DNA from: Candidatus Woesebacteria bacterium UBA5941
GTDB lineage: Bacteria > Patescibacteriota > Microgenomatia > UBA8517
Assembly: GCA_002430735.1 (NCBI GenBank)
Contig: DJCV01000013.1
Span: 33,460-97,459 of the forward strand
Reading direction: 5' to 3'
Length of the DNA: 64,000 bases
Shown here: positions 12,447 through 22,429 of the stretch, one piece after another
How positions within the stretch are numbered: position 1 is the first letter of the stretch
Layout of the letters: every line of letters begins with the position of its first letter
Notes under the pieces: model-generated
Told to the model about the DNA's origin: nothing
Databases searched by the model: none
What the model saw: only the letters and a program-made list of their open reading frames with translations
Program-made: the position numbers and the translations under genes

Positions 12447-13784
12447 TTGACGACTGAAAAACGAGATAAAGAAAATAAAGAGTATGAACATAGACTTTTT
12501 GATATAATAACCAATATGTCTTCCCTAAAGATGGATCTTCCTGTGGGCACTAAAGTGCCTGATCATATTGCCATTATTCCAGATGGAAATAGACGATGGG
12601 CACGAGCACGAGGGGTTAATACACTTCAAGGACATAAAAAAGGATTTGAAAGAGCCGTTGAGCTTGGTCGTGCTGCTCGGAGAGCGGGTGTCCATACTGT
12701 TTCTCTGTGGGGGTTTTCCACTGAAAACTGGGATCGGTCACCAAGAGAAGTTGATTATTTAATGAAACTCTATGTGAAGCTGATAGATGATTATCTCAAA
12801 GAAGCTGATGAAGATGAAGTCCGTCTGATTCATTTGGGACGGAAGGATCGAATCCCAAAGTTTTTAATGAAGAAAATTACTGAAGCGGAAGAAAAAACTC
12901 GACATCACAAGCGGCACGTTGCTAATCTTGCAATAGACTACGGAGGGCATGATGATATTTTGCGAGCGGTTCGAGCAATGGTCAAAGATGGATTAACTCC
13001 TGAGGAAATAGATAAGTCTACTTTTGAAAATTATCTTGATACAAAGGATCAGCCGTATCCGTATGTTGATTTATTAATCAGAACCTCAGGTGAGCAGCGA
13101 ACAAGTGGGCTGCTTCTTTGGCAGATGGAATATGCAGAAATGTATTGGGAAGAAAGTCATTTTCCTGATTTTACGACAGATAAATTGCGTGAGGCTATTA
13201 TTGATTATTCTAGACGAAGGCGCCGATTCGGCGGAAATGATGCCCATGAACATTTCAAATTTAAACCGGCAGTAACGGCAAAACTTGAAGTAAAATGGTG
13301 GAGACTTGCAAACATCCCTCAAGGTACACGATTCACTGATTATGCGATCTCACATTTAAAGGAGCAGTGGGGATTATCAAAGCAGCTTGCCAAAGATGCA
13401 GCGCACTTAATGGTCACGGCATTTATCGATTGTGAGAAGGAAAAGTGGCAAGAGGCTCAGGAAAAGCTGAAACAGTGTTATGAATTAATTAAGAGTGAAG
13501 CAAAACTAGCATTTGAGCCTGCACTTGCCGCAAAACTGCAAATGAGTTTATGGCAAAAAGCACAGAACTCAGGATCAGTCAGTGAACTGGATGCGACAAG
13601 TCGAGAACTTGTTTCAGAAGTATATAGAATCTCAGACTTTCAGGCTGCTAAAGCTGCTCATTTGATGAGCCTTGCAACCGTCGAGCGGGAACTTGCCACT
13701 GGAGATGAAAACGATCCCCATTGGAAAAAGGCTGAAGATTATTTAGAGAAATACTACTTAGCGCTTAAAGAACGAGTGGCTTGA
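12447..13784 (+). CDS. uppS: Isoprenyl transferase (undecaprenyl-diphosphate synthase) carrying a C-terminal helical extension of about 190 aa.
   Basis: 'HIAIIPDGNRRWA' and the 'RTSGEQRTSGLLLWQ' cis-prenyltransferase motifs are present. Total length is 445 aa, against about 250 aa for a typical UppS. Confidence 0.8.
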   Translation: MTTEKRDKENKEYEHRLFDIITNMSSLKMDLPVGTKVPDHIAIIPDGNRRWARARGVNTLQGHKKGFERAVELGRAARRAGVHTVSLWGFSTENWDRSPREVDYLMKLYVKLIDDYLKEADEDEVRLIHLGRKDRIPKFLMKKITEAEEKTRHHKRHVANLAIDYGGHDDILRAVRAMVKDGLTPEEIDKSTFENYLDTKDQPYPYVDLLIRTSGEQRTSGLLLWQMEYAEMYWEESHFPDFTTDKLREAIIDYSRRRRRFGGNDAHEHFKFKPAVTAKLEVKWWRLANIPQGTRFTDYAISHLKEQWGLSKQLAKDAAHLMVTAFIDCEKEKWQEAQEKLKQCYELIKSEAKLAFEPALAAKLQMSLWQKAQNSGSVSELDATSRELVSEVYRISDFQAAKAAHLMSLATVERELATGDENDPHWKKAEDYLEKYYLALKERVA

Positions 13785-13938
13785 AGAACCACAAAATTAA
13801 TTTGCGTGCAAGTGCCTAACTCTAGTATTTTTTTGCCCAGAAAATCGGTTTTTCTCAATTGACAGTTTTCTTCCGTTTATGCTTCAATGAATGACTGAGT
13901 AGTGCCTATGCAAAAGCTACTCAATACCTACTTATTTC

Positions 13939-16900
13939 ATGCCTAACGACCTGCCCACCGAGCCTAAATACATCGCAATCCGCACAGCAGCCGAGTTTCT
14001 TGGAGTGTCAATTGATACATTACGTAGATGGGACAAGCAGGGCATTCTAAAGGCACAAAGACCGAACGGCAAAGATCGTGTTTTTCTGGTTAAAGACTTA
14101 GAGCGATTTAAGTACGCACATCCACTTCAGGTCTCCGAAGCTGCAGACCTTCTGGGCATGTCTATTTCGACATTAAGGCGTCTTGAGACACGAGGGAAGC
14201 TCGTTCCTAAGCGCGACAGTAATGGTAGGCGTATTTACAATTTTGCAGAGCTTGCACGATTCGCAAAAAATGTCCCTTCAGACAAAGTAGCTGTTACTCA
14301 ATCTGAGGTCAATATTTTAACCAAAGATGCGGTTGCGGCACGTATTGAGGTAGACACTATATTGCGCCGCGTACGACGAGTACGCAGTATTGTTGCTTCG
14401 CTAGCAATCTTTGTTGTAGTTTCTATTACAACCCTCACCGTACTCTTTTTGCTTTACCCATCAGAAACAGCAGATTTTTTTGAGCTCACTGAGCCAGAGT
14501 ATGTAAGCAATGGTGTTATTTTAAACAGGTCAGTGCTTGGGGTTGCCAATTCAAACGAAGCTTCTGGTATTACTCCTATTATTATTTCATTATTTAGGCC
14601 ACTTGCAAAGGTTTCTCTGAACCTTGTTGGTCAAATAGATGAAGAAAAGTATCAGATCGCCACGCGTTCACACATTATTGACGGAGATTCTCTGCTGCGG
14701 AGCATTAGCTCAATTGAGATAAGCGATTCATCAGACTTTATTATCACCGATACAAGTGTTATTCATAATTTGAATGCTGAGCTCCTTGACGGCCGACAGG
14801 TAGGATCTAACCCAGGTAACCTTGTCGTAATTGATGACAACGGAAAGATTAACCCTGATCTTATTGACTATTCGACAGTTGAGGTTGCATTCACAATTGA
14901 GGATAGAAGTATTGGTGGTGCTCAAATAGAACTCGATACGATCGAGAATGAAAATATCGCTAATAGTGCTATTACAAGCAATAAGATTGAAGATGGAACC
15001 GTGTCCTCAAGCGATCTTGCTGATAATGCAGTTATTACCGCAAAAATTGCGGATAATGCAATTACTGGCGCTAAAATTGATAATGGAACAATTACGACAT
15101 CCGACCTTTCAACAGGGCTTAGTTTTTCAAGTAGTACACTCATTGATTTGTCTGCCGTTACTCATACATCAACTACACCTCAAGGGTTAGTTCTCCCAAA
15201 TGCGTCCTCTGCAAATCCTTCTGGTCCTTCAACTGGGGAAGGGTATTTGGCCTGGGACACCTCTGGGAATCAGTTAATTGTTTATGATGGTGCCAGTTGG
15301 GGCACCCTCGCTGGAACAGGCGACATTACCGGAGTCACTGCCGGTTCAGGTGTAACCGGTGGTGGTGCAAGCGGTGGTGTAACAGTAAATGTTGGAGCAG
15401 GAAATGGAATTACAGTTAACGCGGATGATATTGCCATAAATTTGGCAACAAGTGGTACAACTGGGGGGTCTTCGAGTAACTCAGGTCTTGAAGTAGGTTC
15501 AGGAGGGCTCAGTTTGCTAAAAGGTTGTAGTGATAACCAGATATTAAAGTGGACTGACGCTGGAGGATGGGCATGTAGTAACGATACTGGCAGTGGCAGC
15601 ACTGTTTCTGTTGAAGAAGGCGATTCATCGGTGACAGCAACGCTTTCGACACTCGACTTTTTAGCAGCAGACTTTATTGTGCAAGAAAGTCCGTCTGGAG
15701 AAGCGAATATTAGTGTCGACTATGCAAATTCCGGTATTACTCGAGTCAATCAAGCGCAAGTTGTTACCGGGGGATGGACCTTTAATACTGCGGCAACAAC
15801 GTTTACCACCGATCTTATCGCCAATGGGGGTATTACGCTTGCAAGCGGTGAAACCATTTCAAACGGGAGCGATTCAACAATCACCTTAGGTCGAAATGAT
15901 GCTGGAACTGTTACATTAAATGCAAAAGATGATGATGCAACAGCAGCGTTAACCATTCTTCCAGGAGGAGCAGCTGCATTAACACTTGGAGGAAGCGCTA
16001 CCACCGGAATTACGCTCGTAACAGATTCAACGGGTGATAGTGAAGTGGTCTTGCCTGCCAGTTCAATTGGGAATAGTGAGTTGGTCAACTCAGGGCTGAC
16101 ATTTGCCGGAAACTCCGGAAGTGGAAGTGTTGCCTTGGGTGGAACATTTACTATTGTAGGGGCTGGCATTAATAATGCTGTATATTCTGGCGGCACAGTT
16201 ACCATTACTGGAACTGAAGCAGACACTTTGGCAAGTGTAACTGGTCGAGGAGCTACTTCATCGACAGCACTCACCTTATCTTCAACGAGCAATGCAATTA
16301 CTGTGGGAACACTCACTATCTCCGGTGATGCATTTACTGATTTAACAGGGACTGGACTTACTATTTCCGGTGGAGCGTTAAACACAACCCTCGGGGTTGC
16401 CATTGATAGTAGCGAGATTACCGATGCCACAATTGGAAATGGCGATATCGCAAATGACACAATTGATCTTGACAAAGTTTCAGACACATTAACACTCGAC
16501 GCTGCAACCTCAATTACCGCAAGCGGTGCGCTCGGCCTTACCATTGGAAACAATGTGACGCTTTCTGCAACAGGCACGGGAGCTATTGTTGCAACTGATC
16601 TCTCTTGTACCGACTGTATTACTTCAACAGAAATTAGTGAGCTCACATTAGGCACTGACACTGCTGGTAATTATGTGGCTACCGTAACTGGGGGGGCAGG
16701 ACTGACGGGTTCCGGGGCAAGCGAGGGATCCACTCCAACTCTGGCTGTTGGAGCTGGAAATGGTATTACGGCGAATGCAGATGACATTGCCGTTAACCTG
16801 ACATCAAGCGGAACAACGGGCTCGACTTCAAGTAACTCAGGCCTTGAAGTAGGAAGTGGAGGGCTCAGTTTATTAAAAGGCTGTAATGATAATGAAATTT

Positions 16901-19900
16901 TAAAGTGGACTGACGCAGGTGGGTGGGCGTGTGCAACTGACACCTCTGGGAGTGGATCAGCTGCCGTTCAAGAAGGAGACTCAGGGGTCGTCGCCTCACT
17001 TTCGACACTCGACTTTTTGGCAGCAGACTTTATCGTTAGCGAGAGTCCATCTGGTGAGGCAAATATTAGTCTTGATTATGCAAATTCAGGTGTCACCCGT
17101 GTCGGGCAAGCTGAAACAGTAACCGGTGGCTGGACGTTTAATACTGCGGCAACTACCTTCACTACAGCAATTGACGTAAACTCCGCATCAACGGTCGCAG
17201 GCTTAACGGTTGACGGAAACGGCAGCCTCTCTGTATCAAATGGTTCACTTGATGGGGCACTTTCTCTTTCAGGAACCACCAGCGATAATGGACTGCAAAT
17301 TGGTCTGACAAACGGAACAAGTGGAGGAACTCAAAACATTGCCTACTTTGATAATGCTGCATCGAGCGGTACTACTGAAAGCATTTTGGTTATTGATAAC
17401 AGTGATACTGACACCGCTGTTACGAATGCAATTGAATTTATAAATGCAGGTGGAGGTTTTACCAATCTGTTTAATGTCGCGGGGACAACTATTAGTTCTG
17501 GTGAGTTCACACTTCTCGATGGACGTGATACAGCACTTGTCGATACAACTGATGCTGTATCAACCGCTATTACTGGTACAGGCACATTAACTGCAGGGGC
17601 AACAGGAGCTGGATTTACCATTAACTTCGGAACATCAACTCTCTCGGGCAATATCACGGGAACTAATATCTCAGGTGTAGATATTTCAGATGATACTAAT
17701 CTTACGGTGACAAATGGCATTACTCTCACGGGCGATCAGTTGAGCCTTGCCTCAACTGCTGCCGGTGATGGATTGACCTACACAACAGGAGTACTCGCGA
17801 TTGGTTCAGGCGCGGGAATTACCGTTTCTGCTGATGCAATTGCGGCAACATTGGGCACTTCAATCGCGAATTCTGAAATCGACAACGATGCGATTGATTT
17901 TGATAAAGTGTCAGACACCTTAACGCTTGATGCTGCAACATCTATTACAGCGAGTGGTGCTTTGGGACTTACGATCGGTAACAATGTGACGCTTTCAGCA
18001 ACAGGTACAGGAGCCATTACTGCAACGGACCTTTCTTGTACTGACTGTATTGGTTCAGCTGAAGTCGGTGAGTTAACACTTGGCACAGACACCGCAGGAA
18101 ACTATGTAGCAACTGTTACAGGTGGAGCAGGACTCACCGGTTCAGGCTCAAGCGAAGGATCAACTCCAACCATCGCTGTTGGTGCAGGGAATGGAATTGC
18201 AGTTAACGCTGATGACATTGCCGTTAATCTCACATCAAGCGGCACAACTGGTTCTACTTCAAGCAATTCAGGGCTTGAAGTTGGAAGTGGAGGGTTAACC
18301 CTTCTTAAGGGGTGTAGTGATAATGAGCTCTTAAAGTGGACTGACGCAGGTGGGTGGGCGTGTGCCACTGATACTTCAGGAAGTGGTGCTGCTGCTGTTC
18401 AAGAAGGAGACTCAACCATTGTAGCCTCACTATCAACACTCGATTTCTTGGCAGCAGACTTTATTGTAGGAGAATCTCCATCAGGGGAAGGAAATATATC
18501 AATTGATTATGCAAATTCAGGAATTACCCGTGTGGGGCAAGCTGAGACAGTAACGGGTGGTTGGACGTTTAATACTGCATCCACAACATTCACTACTGCA
18601 ATTGATGTAAACACAGCTTCAACAATGGCTGGACTGACTGTTGATGGCAATGGTAACCTCTCTGTTTCAAATGGAACCATAGATGGAGCAATCTCACTCT
18701 CTTCTACAACCTCTGATAATGCGACTCAAATCACACTCACAAACGGCACGAGTAGCGGAACTCAAAATATTGCCTACTTTGATAATGCTGCTTCTACTGG
18801 AACAACCGAAAGCATTGTGGTTATTGATAACAGTGATAGTGATACGGCAGTGACGAATGCAATTGAATTTGTAAACGCTGGAGGCGGGTTCACCAATTTG
18901 TTTAATGTTGCAGGCACAACTATTTCAACCACAGAGTTTACGCTCCTTGATGGACGAGACACCGCTTTGGTTGATACAACTGATGCGGTTGCAACAGCAA
19001 TTACAGGAACTGGAACTTTAACTGCAGGTGCAACGGGAGCTGGGTTTACCATTAACTTCGGAACATCAACCCTTTCAGGCGACGTAACAAGCGCAAATAT
19101 TTCAGGGGTCGATATTAGTGCTGATACAAACCTTTCAGCCTCTAATGGAGTGACGTTAACAGGAGATGCATTAAGCTTGTCATCTGCAGCGGGTGGCGAT
19201 GGATTAACATACACAACAGGCGTACTTGCTGTTGGCGCAGGGACGGGTATTTCAGTTGCAGCTGATGCAATTTCTGCAACATTGGGCACTTCAATTGCCA
19301 ACGCTGAAATCGATGATGATGTCATTAATTTTGACAAAATTGCGAACGCGTTAACACTTGATGAAGGCACAACAATAACAGCGGGCGGTGCATTAGGGCT
19401 CACGATCGGTAACAACGTCACTTTGTCAGCTACCGGGACAGGAGCGATTACTGCAACAGACTTGTCATGTGCAGATTGTATTAACGGCACCGAAATTGGC
19501 GACTTAACATTAGGGACAGACACAGCTGGAAACTATGTTGCCACAATTACCGGTGGGGCAGGACTGACCGGTTCAGGTTCAAGTGAAGGTTCCACTCCAA
19601 CGCTCGCTGTTGGAGCAGGTAACGGAATTACAGTGAACGCAGATGACATTACGATTGCGTTAACCGGAAGCGGCACAACTGGTTCTACTTCAAGCAATTC
19701 AGGACTTGAAGTTGGTTCTGGTGGACTCAGTCTCTTAAAGGGTTGTACTGACACTGAAATATTAAAGTGGACCGATGCCGGAGGATGGGCCTGTGCTGCT
19801 GACGAAACAGGCGGGGGAGGTTTCACAAGCTTCACTGCTGCAGGAGACTCAGGTGGTGGTCAAACGATTTCTGACGGAAATTCGTTATCTATTTTAGGTG

Positions 19901-22422
19901 GAACAAATGGAATTGATACCGTTGATAGTGCAACTGATACCGTGACCTTAAACCTTGATACAACTGAAATTGGAACAACCACATTTGGATCAGGAAGCGG
20001 GATTACCTGGACGTTTAATGCAGGAGCAACGGACCCTGTAATTGCATTTGGATCAGATACCATCGACTTTACGGCAGGTACGACTACGCTCTCTGGGAAC
20101 CTCACCGTTTCAGGGGGAACAATTTTAGGTGTCGCGACCAGTAATTTGTTAAATTCAGTAACCACAACATTAAACTTTGCAGGAGCCGCTACAACGTTAA
20201 ACATTGCTGACGGTGCAACTACCAAAACGATTGATATCGGGGGCGTGACTGCTGATGGCACTGACACAATAAATATTGCAACAAATGCCACTTCTCCAGA
20301 TGTTATTTCAATTGGAAACGGGCATGGGGTATCAAGTATCGCGCTTACATCAGGTGACTCATGGGCAATTAGCGCGAATGGTGTAATGACTCTTTCTGCT
20401 GATTCATCACAAACCACGGCGATTGTTGCAACAGATACTGACTACACGAATTTTGCCTCAATTGGCGACAACAATATCATAGGGACAACTGCTGCAATTG
20501 ACCTTACAAACTTTGACGTTGCTTCAACCGGTGCGCTTACCTTGGTTGGCGGATTGTCTCCAGATATCACGACGCAGTCAAATAATAATTTGACTATTCA
20601 GCCAGGAGGGACTGGTGCAATTATATTTAATTCAAGTAATACTTCAGCGTCTGCAATCGACATTAATGCAACGGGTACCGTTGCCGGGAATGCGTTCACG
20701 CTTGATACTACCAACGGTGGTATTGCGCTCACTGCTGGTGGTGCTTCAAACGGGGATATTACGATTCTTTCAACTGATGACTTGAGTATAAATGGAACAG
20801 CAGGTTCTGTGGTCAATATTGGAACATCAGCGGTAGCTCAAACAATTGCAATTGGTGCTTCAAGTAACACTGACCTTGCACTTGCTGACGCACAATGGAG
20901 CATAACCGGTGCTGGGGTTGCAAGCTTTGTTTCAGGAACGGTACTCGGATCTCAAACATTTACAACAAATAACATCGTTGACAGCGGAGCTCTTACTATT
21001 AAATCAGCAACCGGAGCTAATGCCTTAACGCTTGATTCAGGGTCTACAGGAACGGTGAACCTTGGTACGAGCAACAATGCGAAAACTATTAATATTGGAA
21101 CGGGAACACAAGGGAATACTATTCTCATTGGAACAGACAATACCACCTCTGACACGATTACAATCGGTACTGCACTAGATAACGTTTCAATTGTGGGTGA
21201 CTCCTGGTCAATTACCGATGCGGGGGTTTTGACCGTAGCATCATGTAGTGGATGTGGAGGCGGTGGAGGAACGTTGCAACAGGCTTATAGCGGTGATGCT
21301 GACGGTAGTAATGCGATCATTTTAACTGACTCAACTGATGGATCTGTTATTATCCAAACCGTGGCTGGAACACAGTTCCAAGTTGCTGCAACTGCTGCTC
21401 CAACTGTTGACCTTGCTTCAATCACAAATGCTGGTCAAGGAGTCACAAGTACGAGTGGTGTTGACGGGTTATCAATAACCTATGTGCAAGCAACAGACGC
21501 AGGCGCCATCACCGGGAGTGGGCTCGATGTGACATTAACTCCTTCTGGAGACGCCTCAGACGTTATCCGTGGAATCACCCTTAACAACATAACCAGTGGA
21601 AGTTCAACAGAGACTGGTTTGTATGTGGGAACTGGGTATGATCGTGATATTGAATTTGCAGACAGTACCCCAACAATTAGATCAGCCGATGGTGCAGTAC
21701 TTTCATTCACCGATGGAACAAACACGATGGCTTCTATTAAAGACCAAGGGACTTATGCATTTTTAAACATCACTCCAAAAGGAACGGCATCCGATCCAGC
21801 GACTTGTGCTGTTGGTGATGTGTACGTAAATAGTAGTGACGCGACGATTAAAGCTTGTACCGGAACTGATACCTGGGAAGCACTCGATGGCGGTGGTGGA
21901 GGCGGAACTAAGGTTGTGACGTTACATCCAGAATTCCCAGGCGCAACCCTTACCGCCAACGGAAGTGCGACTATTAATGGAACCATGACCTCAGATGTTA
22001 CCGGAAGTGCTGATGGATGGAAGAATTTCTATGAATGGAATTCAAGTCAAACAAGTTTGCAAGACTATACCGTTGCTGTTCGGTTCAAACTTCCATCTGA
22101 CTTTTCATCGTGGGCTACTTCGAATGCCATTGTTGTTAATTATGTAACAGAATCAACAGCAAACACCAATAATAAAATTGATATCGATATTCGAAACGAA
22201 GACGATACCCCAGGAACGACCGTGACTACGTCTTCAGCAAATGTCTCAGGAGTTGCAGCAACATGGACATCCGTTGCCATTGATGACTCAGTAATTGACG
22301 ATGGTGCGGCACCGGACATTGACGCAGCGGGTGAGGACATCGTTTTGTTAATTAAGCTTTACTCAAAAGACTCAAATTACTCACGAGTTGGTGATATTGT
22401 CCTAACATATACTGCCCAATAA
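13939..22422 (+). CDS. Giant (2827-aa) membrane-tethered surface protein. It has two N-terminal cytoplasmic MerR/excisionase-type HTH domains, a single TM helix, tail-fibre-like motifs, 3.5 tandem repeats of about 475 aa, beta-helix-like G/T/S-rich repeats, and a C-terminal beta-rich domain.
   Basis: It is a single uninterrupted ORF. The HTH motifs are 'IRTAAEFLGVSIDTLRRWDKQGIL' and 'VSEAADLLGMSISTLRRLETRGKL'. The TM helix is 'IVASLAIFVVVSITTLTVLFLLY'. 'GYLAWDTSGNQLIVYDGASWGTL' resembles phage tail-fibre repeats. Repeating blocks include '...LKGC(S/N)DN(E/Q)ILKWTDAGGWAC...TLSTLDFLAADFIV.ESPSGE.NIS.DYANSG(I/V)TRV'. Confidence 0.85.
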   Translation: MPNDLPTEPKYIAIRTAAEFLGVSIDTLRRWDKQGILKAQRPNGKDRVFLVKDLERFKYAHPLQVSEAADLLGMSISTLRRLETRGKLVPKRDSNGRRIYNFAELARFAKNVPSDKVAVTQSEVNILTKDAVAARIEVDTILRRVRRVRSIVASLAIFVVVSITTLTVLFLLYPSETADFFELTEPEYVSNGVILNRSVLGVANSNEASGITPIIISLFRPLAKVSLNLVGQIDEEKYQIATRSHIIDGDSLLRSISSIEISDSSDFIITDTSVIHNLNAELLDGRQVGSNPGNLVVIDDNGKINPDLIDYSTVEVAFTIEDRSIGGAQIELDTIENENIANSAITSNKIEDGTVSSSDLADNAVITAKIADNAITGAKIDNGTITTSDLSTGLSFSSSTLIDLSAVTHTSTTPQGLVLPNASSANPSGPSTGEGYLAWDTSGNQLIVYDGASWGTLAGTGDITGVTAGSGVTGGGASGGVTVNVGAGNGITVNADDIAINLATSGTTGGSSSNSGLEVGSGGLSLLKGCSDNQILKWTDAGGWACSNDTGSGSTVSVEEGDSSVTATLSTLDFLAADFIVQESPSGEANISVDYANSGITRVNQAQVVTGGWTFNTAATTFTTDLIANGGITLASGETISNGSDSTITLGRNDAGTVTLNAKDDDATAALTILPGGAAALTLGGSATTGITLVTDSTGDSEVVLPASSIGNSELVNSGLTFAGNSGSGSVALGGTFTIVGAGINNAVYSGGTVTITGTEADTLASVTGRGATSSTALTLSSTSNAITVGTLTISGDAFTDLTGTGLTISGGALNTTLGVAIDSSEITDATIGNGDIANDTIDLDKVSDTLTLDAATSITASGALGLTIGNNVTLSATGTGAIVATDLSCTDCITSTEISELTLGTDTAGNYVATVTGGAGLTGSGASEGSTPTLAVGAGNGITANADDIAVNLTSSGTTGSTSSNSGLEVGSGGLSLLKGCNDNEILKWTDAGGWACATDTSGSGSAAVQEGDSGVVASLSTLDFLAADFIVSESPSGEANISLDYANSGVTRVGQAETVTGGWTFNTAATTFTTAIDVNSASTVAGLTVDGNGSLSVSNGSLDGALSLSGTTSDNGLQIGLTNGTSGGTQNIAYFDNAASSGTTESILVIDNSDTDTAVTNAIEFINAGGGFTNLFNVAGTTISSGEFTLLDGRDTALVDTTDAVSTAITGTGTLTAGATGAGFTINFGTSTLSGNITGTNISGVDISDDTNLTVTNGITLTGDQLSLASTAAGDGLTYTTGVLAIGSGAGITVSADAIAATLGTSIANSEIDNDAIDFDKVSDTLTLDAATSITASGALGLTIGNNVTLSATGTGAITATDLSCTDCIGSAEVGELTLGTDTAGNYVATVTGGAGLTGSGSSEGSTPTIAVGAGNGIAVNADDIAVNLTSSGTTGSTSSNSGLEVGSGGLTLLKGCSDNELLKWTDAGGWACATDTSGSGAAAVQEGDSTIVASLSTLDFLAADFIVGESPSGEGNISIDYANSGITRVGQAETVTGGWTFNTASTTFTTAIDVNTASTMAGLTVDGNGNLSVSNGTIDGAISLSSTTSDNATQITLTNGTSSGTQNIAYFDNAASTGTTESIVVIDNSDSDTAVTNAIEFVNAGGGFTNLFNVAGTTISTTEFTLLDGRDTALVDTTDAVATAITGTGTLTAGATGAGFTINFGTSTLSGDVTSANISGVDISADTNLSASNGVTLTGDALSLSSAAGGDGLTYTTGVLAVGAGTGISVAADAISATLGTSIANAEIDDDVINFDKIANALTLDEGTTITAGGALGLTIGNNVTLSATGTGAITATDLSCADCINGTEIGDLTLGTDTAGNYVATITGGAGLTGSGSSEGSTPTLAVGAGNGITVNADDITIALTGSGTTGSTSSNSGLEVGSGGLSLLKGCTDTEILKWTDAGGWACAADETGGGGFTSFTAAGDSGGGQTISDGNSLSILGGTNGIDTVDSATDTVTLNLDTTEIGTTTFGSGSGITWTFNAGATDPVIAFGSDTIDFTAGTTTLSGNLTVSGGTILGVATSNLLNSVTTTLNFAGAATTLNIADGATTKTIDIGGVTADGTDTINIATNATSPDVISIGNGHGVSSIALTSGDSWAISANGVMTLSADSSQTTAIVATDTDYTNFASIGDNNIIGTTAAIDLTNFDVASTGALTLVGGLSPDITTQSNNNLTIQPGGTGAIIFNSSNTSASAIDINATGTVAGNAFTLDTTNGGIALTAGGASNGDITILSTDDLSINGTAGSVVNIGTSAVAQTIAIGASSNTDLALADAQWSITGAGVASFVSGTVLGSQTFTTNNIVDSGALTIKSATGANALTLDSGSTGTVNLGTSNNAKTINIGTGTQGNTILIGTDNTTSDTITIGTALDNVSIVGDSWSITDAGVLTVASCSGCGGGGGTLQQAYSGDADGSNAIILTDSTDGSVIIQTVAGTQFQVAATAAPTVDLASITNAGQGVTSTSGVDGLSITYVQATDAGAITGSGLDVTLTPSGDASDVIRGITLNNITSGSSTETGLYVGTGYDRDIEFADSTPTIRSADGAVLSFTDGTNTMASIKDQGTYAFLNITPKGTASDPATCAVGDVYVNSSDATIKACTGTDTWEALDGGGGGGTKVVTLHPEFPGATLTANGSATINGTMTSDVTGSADGWKNFYEWNSSQTSLQDYTVAVRFKLPSDFSSWATSNAIVVNYVTESTANTNNKIDIDIRNEDDTPGTTVTTSSANVSGVAATWTSVAIDDSVIDDGAAPDIDAAGEDIVLLIKLYSKDSNYSRVGDIVLTYTAQ
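15300..19800 (+). repeat. Intragenic tandem direct repeats of about 1.35-1.43 kb, about 3.5 copies, inside the giant gene.
   Basis: The 'LKGC.DN.ILKWTDAGGWAC' block recurs at about nt 15525, 16870, 18305 and 19740. Copies 2 and 3 are about 85-90% identical at the protein level over about 475 aa. Confidence 0.8.
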
Positions 22423-22429
22423 ACGCCCC

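Noticed and set aside
15300-19800. Regular about 1.4-kb repeats that could superficially suggest a CRISPR-like or satellite array.
   Set aside because: The repeat unit is far too long, is in-frame, and encodes conserved protein modules. No short repeat-spacer structure or cas genes are present in the window.
14731-22340. Numerous 60-300-aa antisense ORFs lie inside the giant gene (for example 15282-15602, 15750-16661, 18774-19523, 19860-20417), and more lie inside the PA14 gene.
   Set aside because: They are Pro/Val/Ala/Ser-rich translations of the reverse strand of a G/T/S/A-codon-rich repetitive gene. They have no start context or independent support and are considered spurious.
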